DNA from: Anaerolineales bacterium
GTDB lineage: Bacteria; Chloroflexota; Anaerolineae; Anaerolineales; UBA11858
Assembly (NCBI GenBank): GCA_021161345.1
Contig: JAGHAU010000011.1
Span: forward strand, 1 to 40,692
Direction of reading: 5' to 3'
DNA length: 40,692 bases
How positions within the stretch are numbered: position 1 is the stretch's first letter; every line of letters begins with the position of its first letter. The notes beneath the pieces were generated by a model. It was given only the letters and a program-made list of their open reading frames with translations. It was not told the origin of the DNA and did no database searches. This document shows, one piece after another, positions 16,518 to 26,546 of the stretch. Both the position numbers and the translations under genes were made by a program.

Positions 16518-18440
16518 ATGAGCGTAACAGACGAAATCAAAGATCGCATTGATATCGTAGACTTGGTGTCCGAGAGCGTGGAAATGCGCCGGGCAGGACG
16601 GAACTTTACCGGTTTCTGTCCTTTTCACCATAATGTAAATACTCCCTCTTTTGTGGTTTTCCCTGATACCCAGACCTGGAAATGTTTTGGTGAATGTGAC
16701 GAGGGCGGCGATGTTTTTAGCTTTGTGATGAAAAAGGAAGGATGGGATTTCGCTGAAGCCCTCCGCAACCTGGCTGACCGGGCAGGGATTGAGCTGAAAC
16801 CACTAACACCGCAAGCCCTGGAAGAACAGGAGGAAGGGGAGAGGCTGAGGTCCCTTTTGGAAGAGGCGGTAATTTTCTATCGTCATAATCTGATCAATAC
16901 TGAAGCTGGTAAACTCGCCCAGGCTTATTTGGATCGCCGGGGGATCAATGGGGAAACAGCCGAGGCTTTTGGATTGGGTTTTGCTCCAAAAACTTGGGAG
17001 GCGGCTTTGCAGCACTTCCAGTCTAAAGGATATACAAATACAGAAATTCGCGATGCTGGCCTGGTCACAGAGAAAGAAGACGGCGGGATGTATGACCGCT
17101 TCCGGCATCGCCTGATGATTCCGATCCGAAACCAAAACGGAAAAATGGCAGGTTTTGGCGCCCGGGTATTGGATCCTGATGACGTGCCCAAATACCTCAA
17201 TTCTCCCCAAACTCAGACCTTTGATAAAAGCCGCCTGCTTTTTGGGCTGGATACCGCCCGCAAGAATATCCGCGAGTTGGATCAGGCAGTGATAGTGGAA
17301 GGTTATATGGGTGTAGTAGGCCCTTACCAGCACGGATATCGTAATATCGTAGCCCAGATGGGAACTGCCTTGACCGAATATCAGTTGAGGATCCTGAAAA
17401 AATTTACCGGGAAATTCATCCTTGCTCTGGACAGTGATGCCGCTGGCCAAAAAGCCACCCTGCGTGGTTTGGAAATCGCCAGGGAAACGCTGGACCGGAC
17501 CCAAGAGATCGGATTTGATGCCCGGGGATTACTGCAACACGAAGGCCGCTTAAAGGCTGATATCAGAGTGCTGACCCTGCCTCCTGGGATGGACCCGGAT
17601 GATGTCACTCACCAGGATCCTGACTTGTGGCAGCAGCTTCTCAATGACGCCAAACCTGTGGTTGCTCACGTAATGACAGCTCTAGCCCAGAACCAGGATC
17701 TTGATGATCCCAAGGTAAAAAGCGATATCGCTTCCCAGGTTCTGCCCTTAATTGACGATTTACCTAATCCTATTGAACGAGATACTTATATCCAGCGTTT
17801 GTCACGTATGCTGGAGATCAATGAAAATACGCTGATAAATTTTCGCCCTGAGCGAAAAAGAAGGCGTTCAGCAGCCAGGCAGCGCCAGGAAGTTGCTCCA
17901 ATCAAGGATTCCCCTGTTAGAAAAGCGGTCCGCCGGGAAGGAGAAGCCTACGAAAAACACTGTGTAGGCATCTTATTAAGAGAACCGGAATTGATCTACA
18001 AGGTAGATCGGGCATTAAGCAAGGATGGATTGGACCGTTTTGGCGAGAAGGATTTTCAGAACACTGATTTCCAGATCCTGGTGAAATATATTAGAGATGC
18101 TTTGACCCAGGCGGATGAGGAACCCAGGGATTATATTATTAAACAGCTCCCCGAGGATTTTATTGAAATTGTCGATGAGCTGCTGGAATTGACAGAAGAT
18201 TTAGATCCTAAATCAAACAAGGTGCTGGAAGACCTGATGAGGGCATTTTTAAACTTGCGCAAATGGCAGATCATCAAACAGAATGACCATTACAGATATT
18301 TGCAGGAAAACAACCATGAAAATGGGGATTATAAAGCTGCTGAGTTTCAGAAAAATATCTCCCATAATTTGCAAGAAAAGCATAAAATAGATATAGCGAT
18401 GCAACGTTATACCAGTCGGACTGCAGTTTTCGATTCCTGA
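16518..18440 (+). CDS. dnaG: DNA primase
   Basis: CPFH...CFGEC zinc finger, DRFRHRLMIPI, PKYLNSPQT, TOPRIM VEGYM and LDSDAAG, DPD. Confidence 0.97.
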   Translation: MSVTDEIKDRIDIVDLVSESVEMRRAGRNFTGFCPFHHNVNTPSFVVFPDTQTWKCFGECDEGGDVFSFVMKKEGWDFAEALRNLADRAGIELKPLTPQALEEQEEGERLRSLLEEAVIFYRHNLINTEAGKLAQAYLDRRGINGETAEAFGLGFAPKTWEAALQHFQSKGYTNTEIRDAGLVTEKEDGGMYDRFRHRLMIPIRNQNGKMAGFGARVLDPDDVPKYLNSPQTQTFDKSRLLFGLDTARKNIRELDQAVIVEGYMGVVGPYQHGYRNIVAQMGTALTEYQLRILKKFTGKFILALDSDAAGQKATLRGLEIARETLDRTQEIGFDARGLLQHEGRLKADIRVLTLPPGMDPDDVTHQDPDLWQQLLNDAKPVVAHVMTALAQNQDLDDPKVKSDIASQVLPLIDDLPNPIERDTYIQRLSRMLEINENTLINFRPERKRRRSAARQRQEVAPIKDSPVRKAVRREGEAYEKHCVGILLREPELIYKVDRALSKDGLDRFGEKDFQNTDFQILVKYIRDALTQADEEPRDYIIKQLPEDFIEIVDELLELTEDLDPKSNKVLEDLMRAFLNLRKWQIIKQNDHYRYLQENNHENGDYKAAEFQKNISHNLQEKHKIDIAMQRYTSRTAVFDS

Positions 18441-18509
18441 GGAATAGAAAGCCCATTAACAGTATGTTATACAGCCTGCCAATCCTGACCTTTCATAGAG
18501 AAAAGGCAA

Positions 18510-19928
18510 ATGCAGAAGGAACATACGATCCCGGAAGCTGAAGGCGCTAATATCAGAGCTGCTCTGCGCGATGATCCTGTACAGATGTACCTGAATGACA
18601 TTGGTACCATCGATCTGCTAGACGTGCACCAGGAATTCTGGCTGGGCGCCCGCTTGCTGTCCACCCGCAGGATGGACAGGGTTAGAAGGGAAAATCCCCA
18701 GGTAGATACCGATCACCCCAATGAAAGTGACCTTTTTGCGGCAATTTATGAAGAACTGCGGGTGAAATACCGCCGGATTGAAGAAGATGTTAAACGCCTG
18801 CGCATGGAGTGCCCGGACTGGGACCTGATAATACAAGAAGCCCGCCAACTGAGGAAATCCTGGTTCTTGGAGCCACCATCCTATACCCGGAATTACCTGG
18901 ATAATGGTTTATGGGGGGAAAATGAGGATTGGGGGTGTGTCGCCCGCAATATCTTCTATTTTTTTGTGGCTTTTTATTCTTTCCCGAACGAGATTACCAG
19001 CTGGCTGCAGGACAGCATGCATGATAAAAAGAACCTGCCCACTGTAAAGAAATTTCAGGACCGAATGCCCTCTAATGAAGTGCTGCAGGTTGAGATCGAG
19101 GATCTCTGGAGCCGCTATTATGAAGCCTACCAGGCCCTCGTCCGCCGCAACCTGAAATTGGTAGTCAGCGTTGCCAAACACTATATAGGAAGGGGAAACT
19201 CGTTCCTGGACTTGATCCAGGAAGGCAATGTTGGGCTTTTACGGGCGGTTTCAAAATTCGACCCTACCCGCGGTTTTAAGTTCAGCACTTACGCCACCTG
19301 GTGGATTCGCCAATCAGTCAGCCGCTCAATCGCTGACCAGGCCCGCACCATCCGTATTCCGGTCCACGTTTTTGAGACAGTCACCCAGCTGCTCCGGATC
19401 CGCCGTCAGCTGACCCAGCAATTGGAGCATGAACCGACCCTGAAGGAAATTGCTCTGGAAACGGAATATTTGGACGCGGCGGAGAAAAAGGCTATCAAGG
19501 AATTCCTTAAGGAGCAGGATACACTGCCGCCAGATCTGCTCCAAAAATGGCGGGAAGCTACCAGTAAAGTCCACCGCTACCTGCGGGCGGCGGAAGATCC
19601 CATGTCTTTGGATCGGCCAGTAGGAGATGAAGATGATAACCAGCTGGAGGATTTCATCCGGGATGAGGATGCAGCTTCGCCAATAGAAGCTACGGCAACC
19701 GAGATGATGAACGAACAGCTGGGCAAAGCCCTGGATAATCTATCTGTCCGCGAGCGCCAGGTACTTGAACTTAGATTTGGCCTGATGGATGGCAAGGTTC
19801 ATACTCTGGAAGAGGTGGGAGCGTATTTTGATGTGACCAGGGAACGTATCCGCCAAATCGAGGCCACCGCCTTGCGGAAACTGCGCAGCCCCAATGTGTC
19901 TTACAAGCTGGAAGATTATGTCGAATAA
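18510..19928 (+). CDS. RpoD/SigA-family sigma-70 factor lacking region 1.1
   Basis: Region 1.2 [12 protein letters not shown]; region 2 [42 protein letters not shown]; region 4 TLEEVG...TRERIRQIE. Confidence 0.93.
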   Translation: MQKEHTIPEAEGANIRAALRDDPVQMYLNDIGTIDLLDVHQEFWLGARLLSTRRMDRVRRENPQVDTDHPNESDLFAAIYEELRVKYRRIEEDVKRLRMECPDWDLIIQEARQLRKSWFLEPPSYTRNYLDNGLWGENEDWGCVARNIFYFFVAFYSFPNEITSWLQDSMHDKKNLPTVKKFQDRMPSNEVLQVEIEDLWSRYYEAYQALVRRNLKLVVSVAKHYIGRGNSFLDLIQEGNVGLLRAVSKFDPTRGFKFSTYATWWIRQSVSRSIADQARTIRIPVHVFETVTQLLRIRRQLTQQLEHEPTLKEIALETEYLDAAEKKAIKEFLKEQDTLPPDLLQKWREATSKVHRYLRAAEDPMSLDRPVGDEDDNQLEDFIRDEDAASPIEATATEMMNEQLGKALDNLSVRERQVLELRFGLMDGKVHTLEEVGAYFDVTRERIRQIEATALRKLRSPNVSYKLEDYVE

Positions 19929-19964
19929 ATCCGGGCAGGTTCTCATTATTCTCTGGACGATCTA

Positions 19965-20189
19965 ATGATTCGCCGCCTGGGAAATTTTTGTATCTTAATC
20001 GGTTTGATCTGCCTGGTAATCTTTTTTACTTCCTCTGCTTTTATATTTGAAGATGCCTGGTTCATGCTGGCAGGTCTTGGGTTTGTTTCTTTTGGGTTAT
20101 TACTCCGTCGGGCTTCCTATCCAAGGAAGGGCCGCCCGGGTAAGAAAAAAAGGAACCGGCGCCAGGATAAAGAGGATGAAGATGAATAA
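19965..20189 (+). CDS. Small hypothetical membrane protein (2 TM, basic tail)
   Basis: Two hydrophobic helices, co-oriented with neighbours, overlaps the next start codon. Confidence 0.65.
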   Translation: MIRRLGNFCILIGLICLVIFFTSSAFIFEDAWFMLAGLGFVSFGLLLRRASYPRKGRPGKKKRNRRQDKEDEDE

Positions 20190-21057
20190 ACTGGATCCAT
20201 TACGCCTGAGCGATCAGGGCCCCTTGCTGGTATTTGCCCATGCCAATGGTTATCCACCCCAGGCCTATCGAACTTTTTTGACACCTTTTCTCGACGACTA
20301 TCAGGTTTTTTCTCTGTATTTACGATCCTTCTGGCCTGGCACAGATCCCCAGGAGATGCGGGATTGGAGGGCTTTCAGAGATGACTATATTCCAGAAGTG
20401 CATTCTCTGATTGAAAATTATGGAAAACAGGCGGAATCATCCGGTTCGGTGATCGGTGTTGGCCATTCTTTAGGTGCGATGACAACTTTGATGGCTGCCA
20501 TTCAGGACCCATCTATGTTCCAGATGCTGGTATTGATGGAGCCGGTTCTGTTTCCGCGATCGTGGGGGATAGTGATGCGCCTGCTGGCACCCTTTGGTGT
20601 GCTGAAAGAAATCCATCCGTTGATTCGTGGAACGTTAAAAAGAAAAACCCGTTTTGATTCCAGGGAAGCAATGTATCAGAACTACCGTAAAAAACCAGTC
20701 TTCTCTGGTTTATCTAACCAGGTGCTGCGTGATTATGTGGAAGGATTGGCGGCAGATATCCCGGAAGGTGGTGTGAGTTTAAAATATAGCCCCGCCTGGG
20801 AGGCACGAATTTATGAGACTGGAGGGCGTGCGGATTGGGTTGTATGGCGGAATCTGGACAAGGTCCAGTGCCCTGTGCTGGTCATCCGTGGTGAGGATAC
20901 TTATGTCCTGCATGATCCGGTCTTCAAGTCAATGGCTGGAAAGCTGCCAAATGGGGAATTTTATACAATGGGTGGAACGGGACACCTAGTATCCCTGGAA
21001 GCGCCTTTTAGGACCAATGAAGTGGTCCTGGAGTTTTTGAAGAGGCATAAATCCTGA
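20182..21057 (+). CDS. Alpha/beta hydrolase (start moved to 20182)
   Basis: FAHANGY, GHSLG nucleophile, GTGHLV; SD AGAGGA. Confidence 0.88.
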   Translation: MNKLDPLRLSDQGPLLVFAHANGYPPQAYRTFLTPFLDDYQVFSLYLRSFWPGTDPQEMRDWRAFRDDYIPEVHSLIENYGKQAESSGSVIGVGHSLGAMTTLMAAIQDPSMFQMLVLMEPVLFPRSWGIVMRLLAPFGVLKEIHPLIRGTLKRKTRFDSREAMYQNYRKKPVFSGLSNQVLRDYVEGLAADIPEGGVSLKYSPAWEARIYETGGRADWVVWRNLDKVQCPVLVIRGEDTYVLHDPVFKSMAGKLPNGEFYTMGGTGHLVSLEAPFRTNEVVLEFLKRHKS

Positions 21058-21063
21058 GAAAGG

Positions 21064-21169
21064 GGAATTGCTTCGTCAGTTGCATAACTCCTTCCTGGCA
21101 ATTACAGACCCTCCAGTTATGTGTCATCGCGAGAAGCCTGAACGAAGAGATGGCGGCGAAGCAATCTCC
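21064..21169. repeat. Pair of degenerate GTCA-type REP-like units between convergent genes
   Basis: ATTGCTTCGTC...CTGGCAATTACAG followed by TGTCATCGCGAG...GGCGAAGCAATCTCC. Confidence 0.7.
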
Positions 21170-21178
21170 GCTCTGCTA

Positions 21179-21859
21179 CTACAGATACTTCTCCTTCAGC
21201 AAACTTTCATCAAACGGCGCTCGGCGGTGGGAGCAGTTCTCTCGCGGGCAGAGTTCACAGTTCGAAAAATCAGTTTCGGAGCTATAGCGGATCCCGGAGA
21301 CAGATTGATTAGGAAGCATTAACATACTCTCCGTCAATTCGACCCCGATTGATTCTAATGGGTCACCCAATAACTGGAATAGAGGACGCTGGGCAGTGAT
21401 CGGCCAATCTTCCAATGAACCTGGATTTAGGGAGGAGGTTTTTCCCAGTTGGTAGGTGGTTTTCAAATGAGCTAAAAGGAATTCCTCCGCAGTTCGCAGG
21501 GCCAACTGGCTGATCTCCTCTGCGTAATATCTCTCCAGAAGATCCTCTTTGGATTGGGTCCAATCGAAAAGTTCTCTTCCTGAGCTATTCAAGTATGGAA
21601 ATACCCGGTGTACCGCGCTGAGGTTTATTGCCATCACTTTGCTTTTCATCCGGATTCCATTAAGGACAACTCCATCATCCAGGTGCTGGTCTATACCGGT
21701 AATAGTGTAAATCGCCCGCGGTCGTCCTACCTGGCGTCCTTCGTCCAGCAGGGATAAAACAAGCTCTTCCTGCCTACTGCCGGGTTTTGTGCGCATTTTA
21801 TGAAAAAACTTCTCTGGATCTGGATTAAATTCGATCCGATCAATAATTACAGGGTCCAT
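21179..21859 (-). CDS. Stand-alone B12-dependent methionine synthase activation-domain-like protein
   Basis: SLNPGSLEDWPITAQRPLFQLL, IGVELTESMLMLPNQSVSGI, C-terminal CELCPRENC; SD GGAG before ATG 21859. Confidence 0.8.
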   Translation of the reverse strand: MDPVIIDRIEFNPDPEKFFHKMRTKPGSRQEELVLSLLDEGRQVGRPRAIYTITGIDQHLDDGVVLNGIRMKSKVMAINLSAVHRVFPYLNSSGRELFDWTQSKEDLLERYYAEEISQLALRTAEEFLLAHLKTTYQLGKTSSLNPGSLEDWPITAQRPLFQLLGDPLESIGVELTESMLMLPNQSVSGIRYSSETDFSNCELCPRENCSHRRAPFDESLLKEKYL

Positions 21860-21894
21860 AATCGTCTCCGGTCCTATTTTTCTATTGAAAGACC

Positions 21895-21975
21895 ATTGTA
21901 GCATGAGATGGACCCGTTTGTAGGCTGTGGCGAGCTGGGTAGGGGGAGAATCCTCCTCTTTATCCGTGCTACAAT
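21895..21975. promoter_or_regulatory. Back-to-back divergent extended -10 promoters
   Basis: Identical TGCTACAAT on the minus strand (21903-21895) and the plus strand (21967-21975). Confidence 0.6.
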
Positions 21976-22008
21976 TAGATTGTTATTTTAAGGAATATTC
22001 GTTTATTT

Positions 22009-23532
22009 ATGTTTATCCTCGCCATCTCCCCAATCCTGGTCATTCTGATTCTAATGGTAGGTTTTCGCTGGAAAGCCTCCCGCGCTGGCGGCCTCGGTTA
22101 TGTAGCATCCCTGCTGATATCCTGGATCTGGTTCGGGATCAATCTTGAAACCCTGGCTTACGCACATACCAAAGCGGTTTTCTTGATCATGGATGTGCTG
22201 CTGATCATCTGGACCGCATTCCTGTTATACCGGGTGGTTGCAGAAGCCGGTGGTATTGAGATTCTAAGCACAACGCTCCCGCACCTGACCGCGGACAAAG
22301 GTATGCAGGCCCTCTTGATCGGCTGGATATTCTCCTCTTTTTTGCAAGGCGTGGGAGGTTTTGGCGTACCGACTGCAGTGATCGCGCCCATCCTTGTGGG
22401 TTTGGGGTTTTCACCGTTAAACGCAGTAGTGATCCCTTCTCTGGGACATACCTGGGCCGTCACATTTGGCTCTTTGGGGGCCTCCTTTAATGCCATGATG
22501 GCAGCGACTGGCCTGGGCTGGGAAACCCTGGCTCCGTCAGCCGGAATTTTTCTAGGCATCACAGGCTTGCTGGTTGGGATCGCGGTTGCCTGGGTGGTTG
22601 GGGGTTGGAAAACGCTTCGACGGCTGTGGCTTCCTATCCTTGTTATTGCCCTGGCGATGTCCACAGCACAGTATCTGACTGCGACACTGGGCTTGTGGAA
22701 TATTGGCGGATTAATGGGCGGAACGGCGGGGTTGGTCATTGGTATTCCATTGGCCTGGGTCTTACATGGAAAGACAAACTCCACTGGAAAGATCAACTGG
22801 CGCGAGCTGTTGATATCCCTGGCAGGTTATGGTGTGTTGGTCCTGCTGACATTGATCATCCAGCTTGTACCCCCTGTCAAGGCATTTCTAAGCCAGGTGA
22901 AATTAGGTTTTACCTTTCCACAAACGCTTACTGCCAACGGGTACATCGTCCCGGCCGGGCCGGGCAGACAGCTATATATTTTCAAGCACGCAGGAATGAT
23001 CTTGCTGGTCTCTTCCCTGGCAGCCTACCTGATTTTCAACAAGGCTGGATGGTACAAGGAAGGAGCCTTGGGAAGGATCATAAAAAGCACAGGATCCCGG
23101 GTGATTGGCTCCAGCGTCGGTATCACTTCGATTGTTATGATGGCTGTGATCATGCAGCACGCCGGTATGACTGATACCCTGGCCCAGGGATTCTCAAAAA
23201 CGATTGGTTTGTTCTATCCCGCTGTTGCGCCCTGGCTGGGCGCTTTGGGAGCAGTGATGACTGGAAGCAATGCCAATTCCAATCTCGTATTTTCAGCACT
23301 GCAGCTCCGAACGGCTGAGATCTTGGGTCTTCCGGCGGCGATCATTCTGGCGGCTCAGACCACAGGGGGCGCGCTGGGATCAGTGGCTGCTCCCACCAAG
23401 GTGATCGTGGGTGCCAGCACTGCCGGTATGGAAGGCAAAGAAGGGGATATTCTCCGAAAGTTGCTGCCGATCATCTGTATTTTGCTGCTGGTCATCAGCC
23501 TGATCACAGTTCTGGCGGTTTACCTGTTATGA
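22009..23532 (+). CDS. L-lactate/glycolate permease family (LctP/GlcA)
   Basis: QALLIGWIFSSFLQGVGGFGVPTAVIAPILVGLGF, VTFGSLG, GSNANSNLVF, AAQTTGG. Confidence 0.9.
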   Translation: MFILAISPILVILILMVGFRWKASRAGGLGYVASLLISWIWFGINLETLAYAHTKAVFLIMDVLLIIWTAFLLYRVVAEAGGIEILSTTLPHLTADKGMQALLIGWIFSSFLQGVGGFGVPTAVIAPILVGLGFSPLNAVVIPSLGHTWAVTFGSLGASFNAMMAATGLGWETLAPSAGIFLGITGLLVGIAVAWVVGGWKTLRRLWLPILVIALAMSTAQYLTATLGLWNIGGLMGGTAGLVIGIPLAWVLHGKTNSTGKINWRELLISLAGYGVLVLLTLIIQLVPPVKAFLSQVKLGFTFPQTLTANGYIVPAGPGRQLYIFKHAGMILLVSSLAAYLIFNKAGWYKEGALGRIIKSTGSRVIGSSVGITSIVMMAVIMQHAGMTDTLAQGFSKTIGLFYPAVAPWLGALGAVMTGSNANSNLVFSALQLRTAEILGLPAAIILAAQTTGGALGSVAAPTKVIVGASTAGMEGKEGDILRKLLPIICILLLVISLITVLAVYLL

Positions 23533-23720
23533 ATAAGATCATACTTCCTCTGAAATCCCATCCAGCTTTGTATTACCTGGTTGTGTTCCTGCTTATGATC
23601 ATTCCGTCCCTCCTGTTATTTCCGACTGCAGAAGGGGAAAACCAGGTTGGGATGATCATTTTCCTGGGGTTTGTGATCCTGGCAAATCTTGCTGCTATTT
23701 TTCCATGCAAATCGAAGTAA
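23529..23720 (+). CDS. Small hypothetical membrane protein (2 TM)
   Basis: ATGA overlap with the permease stop codon; two hydrophobic helices. Confidence 0.6.
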   Translation: MNKIILPLKSHPALYYLVVFLLMIIPSLLLFPTAEGENQVGMIIFLGFVILANLAAIFPCKSK

Positions 23721-23804
23721 TAATCTTGCCATAGAATTCATCTAATGTGAAATGGTTCCGGGATGGATCGTATCCCGACATATTAATTATGTGGTGTTAA
23801 TCAT

Positions 23805-24245
23805 ATGAAACCTACCTGGTTTTCTGTTCTGTTTGTATTTGTTCAGTTTTTGTGCCTAGCAGTTATTGGTTTAACAGGTCCGCTTTTTGCATACCCGATC
23901 ATGTTATCTTTGATCGAATTAATCGGTTTGTTCCTGGGGATCTGGGCAGTGGTAATTATGAGAATCGGTCATTTTAATATTGCTCCGGAACCCTTAACTT
24001 GGAGCAAGATGACTTCCCGGGGTCCATATCGAATTATTCGCCATCCTATGTATCTGGCGTTGTTATTAACGACTTTCCCTTTAATTATTTCTGATTTTAG
24101 TTCTCTGCGATTGGTAATCTGGTTCATTCTCCTGGTGAATTTAATCCTCAAAATGGGATATGAGGAAGGATTGCTTCAAAAGAAGTTCCCTGACTATGCC
24201 CGCTATCGAACATATACCGCCAGGCTGATCCCCGGTATATATTAG
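23805..24245 (+). CDS. Isoprenylcysteine carboxylmethyltransferase/PEMT-family membrane protein
   Basis: GPYRIIRHPMY, EEGLL...FPDYARYR...RLIP. Confidence 0.88.
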   Translation: MKPTWFSVLFVFVQFLCLAVIGLTGPLFAYPIMLSLIELIGLFLGIWAVVIMRIGHFNIAPEPLTWSKMTSRGPYRIIRHPMYLALLLTTFPLIISDFSSLRLVIWFILLVNLILKMGYEEGLLQKKFPDYARYRTYTARLIPGIY

Positions 24246-24396
24246 TCCAGAAATTCTTCCCACAAACACCATTTCGTTTGAACCATCCCGCTTGTGAGAT
24301 TCAACCTGATAGGATTTGAGAGATTAGATAGCCATAATTGGTATTGTCACCAGTTATAATGGAAATCGATAGATCTCTAGCTAAGGATTGTGATTT

Positions 24397-25554
24397 ATGC
24401 GGGAAGTTGCGATTTTAGGAATCGGGCAGGTACCAGTCGGAGAACACTGGAATAAACGACTGGTAGAGTTAGCAGGGGATGCAGTATTTAAAGCCCTGGA
24501 AGATGCCGAACTCAAACGGGTGGAAGCCCTTTATGTCGGAAATATGATGGCCGGACAGCTGGATAAACAAAGCCATCTGGGGGCCTTGATCTCCGATTGG
24601 GTCGGGTTCCGGGGCATTGAAGCCATGACGGTGGAAGCTGCCTGCGCCTCCGGCGCCTTGGCATTACGGACTGCTATGGTGGCTGTTGGATCAGGATTGG
24701 TTTCCAGCGCCCTGGCTGTTGGTGTTGAAAAGATGACCGATACCTCGCCCCGGGAAACCACTGCGGCCCTGGCTACAGCGGCCAGTGCAGACTGGGAAAG
24801 TATCCACGGTGTGACTTTTGTGGGGTTGAATGCTTTGATCATGCGCCGGTATATGTATGAATATGGATGGAAGCATGAGGATTTCGCCCAATTTTCGATC
24901 AATGCCCATGCAAACGGGGCCAAGAACCCCAATGCCCGCTTTCAATCACCTATTACAAAAGAAATCTATAAAAAAGCAGCCATGATCGCAGATCCGATCA
25001 ATTTGATGGATGCATCTCCCATGGGGGATGGCGCTGCAGCAGCTATTGTGGTTCCTGCTGACTTGATCAAAGGACAGAAGGGAAAACCAGTCATCAGGAT
25101 CGCTGGTTCCGCAGTGGCTACGGACAGTTTGGCAGTGCATGATCGGCATGATCCTCTCTGGCTGGCTGCAGCAGAAAAATCCGCCAATGAGGCCTACCGC
25201 CAGGCGGATATTACTCCAAACGATATTGATTTTTTTGAGATTCATGACGCTTTTTCGATCATGGCAGCTCTTTCCCTGGAAGCCTGTGGCTTCGCAGAAA
25301 GAGGGCAAGGCCCCCGGCTGGCCTTGGATGGGGAAATTGGACCCGAGGGCAAGGTCCCCCTGGCTACAATGGGCGGACTGAAAGCCCGGGGCCATCCAGT
25401 AGGCGCGACCGGGATGTACCAGATCGTGGAAACTGTGTTGCAGTTGCGAGGGGAAGCAGGTCCAGCCCAGATCGACGATGTGAGTATCGGAATGGCCCAG
25501 AACATTGGCGGCAGCGGAGCGACCATTATCACCCATATCCTGAAAGCAGAATAA
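24397..25554 (+). CDS. Thiolase, archaeal/SCP2-like type
   Basis: EAACASG catalytic Cys, GVEKM, EIHDAF, GGLKARGHPVGATG, AQNIGG. Confidence 0.9.
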   Translation: MREVAILGIGQVPVGEHWNKRLVELAGDAVFKALEDAELKRVEALYVGNMMAGQLDKQSHLGALISDWVGFRGIEAMTVEAACASGALALRTAMVAVGSGLVSSALAVGVEKMTDTSPRETTAALATAASADWESIHGVTFVGLNALIMRRYMYEYGWKHEDFAQFSINAHANGAKNPNARFQSPITKEIYKKAAMIADPINLMDASPMGDGAAAAIVVPADLIKGQKGKPVIRIAGSAVATDSLAVHDRHDPLWLAAAEKSANEAYRQADITPNDIDFFEIHDAFSIMAALSLEACGFAERGQGPRLALDGEIGPEGKVPLATMGGLKARGHPVGATGMYQIVETVLQLRGEAGPAQIDDVSIGMAQNIGGSGATIITHILKAE

Positions 25555-25572
25555 GGATCAGGATCTGATTTC

Positions 25573-26112
25573 ATGGCGGCAGAATATAACATCTTTCCTG
25601 TTAGTGAAGGTAATGCCCGGGAAATTACCACCTGGCGATACGATCCCCCATATGATCTATATGACCTGGAGCCCCGTCATTTAACAGGATTCTTAAATCC
25701 CGATTATCGATATCATCAGGTTCTGAATAAGAATGGGAGATTGGCTGGTTATTGTTGTTTTGGAGTCGATGCCCAGGTACCTGGTGGAGTGTATCTAAAA
25801 AATGAACCTGAAATCCTGGATATCGGTGTGGGATTAGCCCCCCGTTTGACGGGACAAGGAAGAGGCACTGCGTTTGTAGGTGAAATCCTGAAATTTGGAT
25901 TCAACACTTATCATCCTGACATATTCCGGGTTTCCATCGCCAGTTTTAATAAGCGTTCTTTAAAGACGTTTCAAAACCTAGGATTTATAATCCAGGGAAG
26001 TTTTACCCGAGAGTTTTTGAATGTAGAATTCTTTCAGCTGGAAAGATCAGTCATGGAGTCGGAAGATGGAGAAACTAGCAAAACAAGCAATCCTAAGTTA
26101 TTCAAAATATGA
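25573..26112 (+). CDS. GNAT family N-acetyltransferase
   Basis: WRYDPPYDLY, DIGVGLAPRLTGQGRG acetyl-CoA motif, FNKRS...LGF. Confidence 0.85.
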   Translation: MAAEYNIFPVSEGNAREITTWRYDPPYDLYDLEPRHLTGFLNPDYRYHQVLNKNGRLAGYCCFGVDAQVPGGVYLKNEPEILDIGVGLAPRLTGQGRGTAFVGEILKFGFNTYHPDIFRVSIASFNKRSLKTFQNLGFIIQGSFTREFLNVEFFQLERSVMESEDGETSKTSNPKLFKI

Positions 26113-26413
26113 TTCTCCCCTGACTGAGGATCAAACAGATATTTATATGAAGGTGCTGCCAGACTGGAAGATCATTTTCCAGGAGGGCATCCCCCGTCTC
26201 GAGAAAAGTTATTCATTTGAATTTTCGGGAGCAATGGAATTTGCCAACAAGATAGCTGACCTTGCTGAGGAAGCCAACCACCATCCTGATATCCTTATCA
26301 GCTGGGGAACGTGTAAAATAAATTGGTGGACCTTTGATTATAAGAGGCTTCACGAGAATGATTTTATTATGGCTGCGAGGACTGAAATGCTTATTCAGAG
26401 TCAGGCTGATTAG
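26066..26413 (+). CDS. phhB: Pterin-4-alpha-carbinolamine dehydratase
   Basis: AEEANHHPDI, WWT, LHENDFIMAART. Confidence 0.88.
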   Translation: MEKLAKQAILSYSKYDSPLTEDQTDIYMKVLPDWKIIFQEGIPRLEKSYSFEFSGAMEFANKIADLAEEANHHPDILISWGTCKINWWTFDYKRLHENDFIMAARTEMLIQSQAD

Positions 26414-26546
26414 TTGTTATTCTGTTGAACATTTTAGATCTAACCTGCATCGCGTTGTAGCTTTCCAGGGGAATCTGACTTGACGATGCTGTCTTATTTT
26501 CTGATATAGTGTCAAAGATGATCACAAAATACGAAAAGGAAATCAA

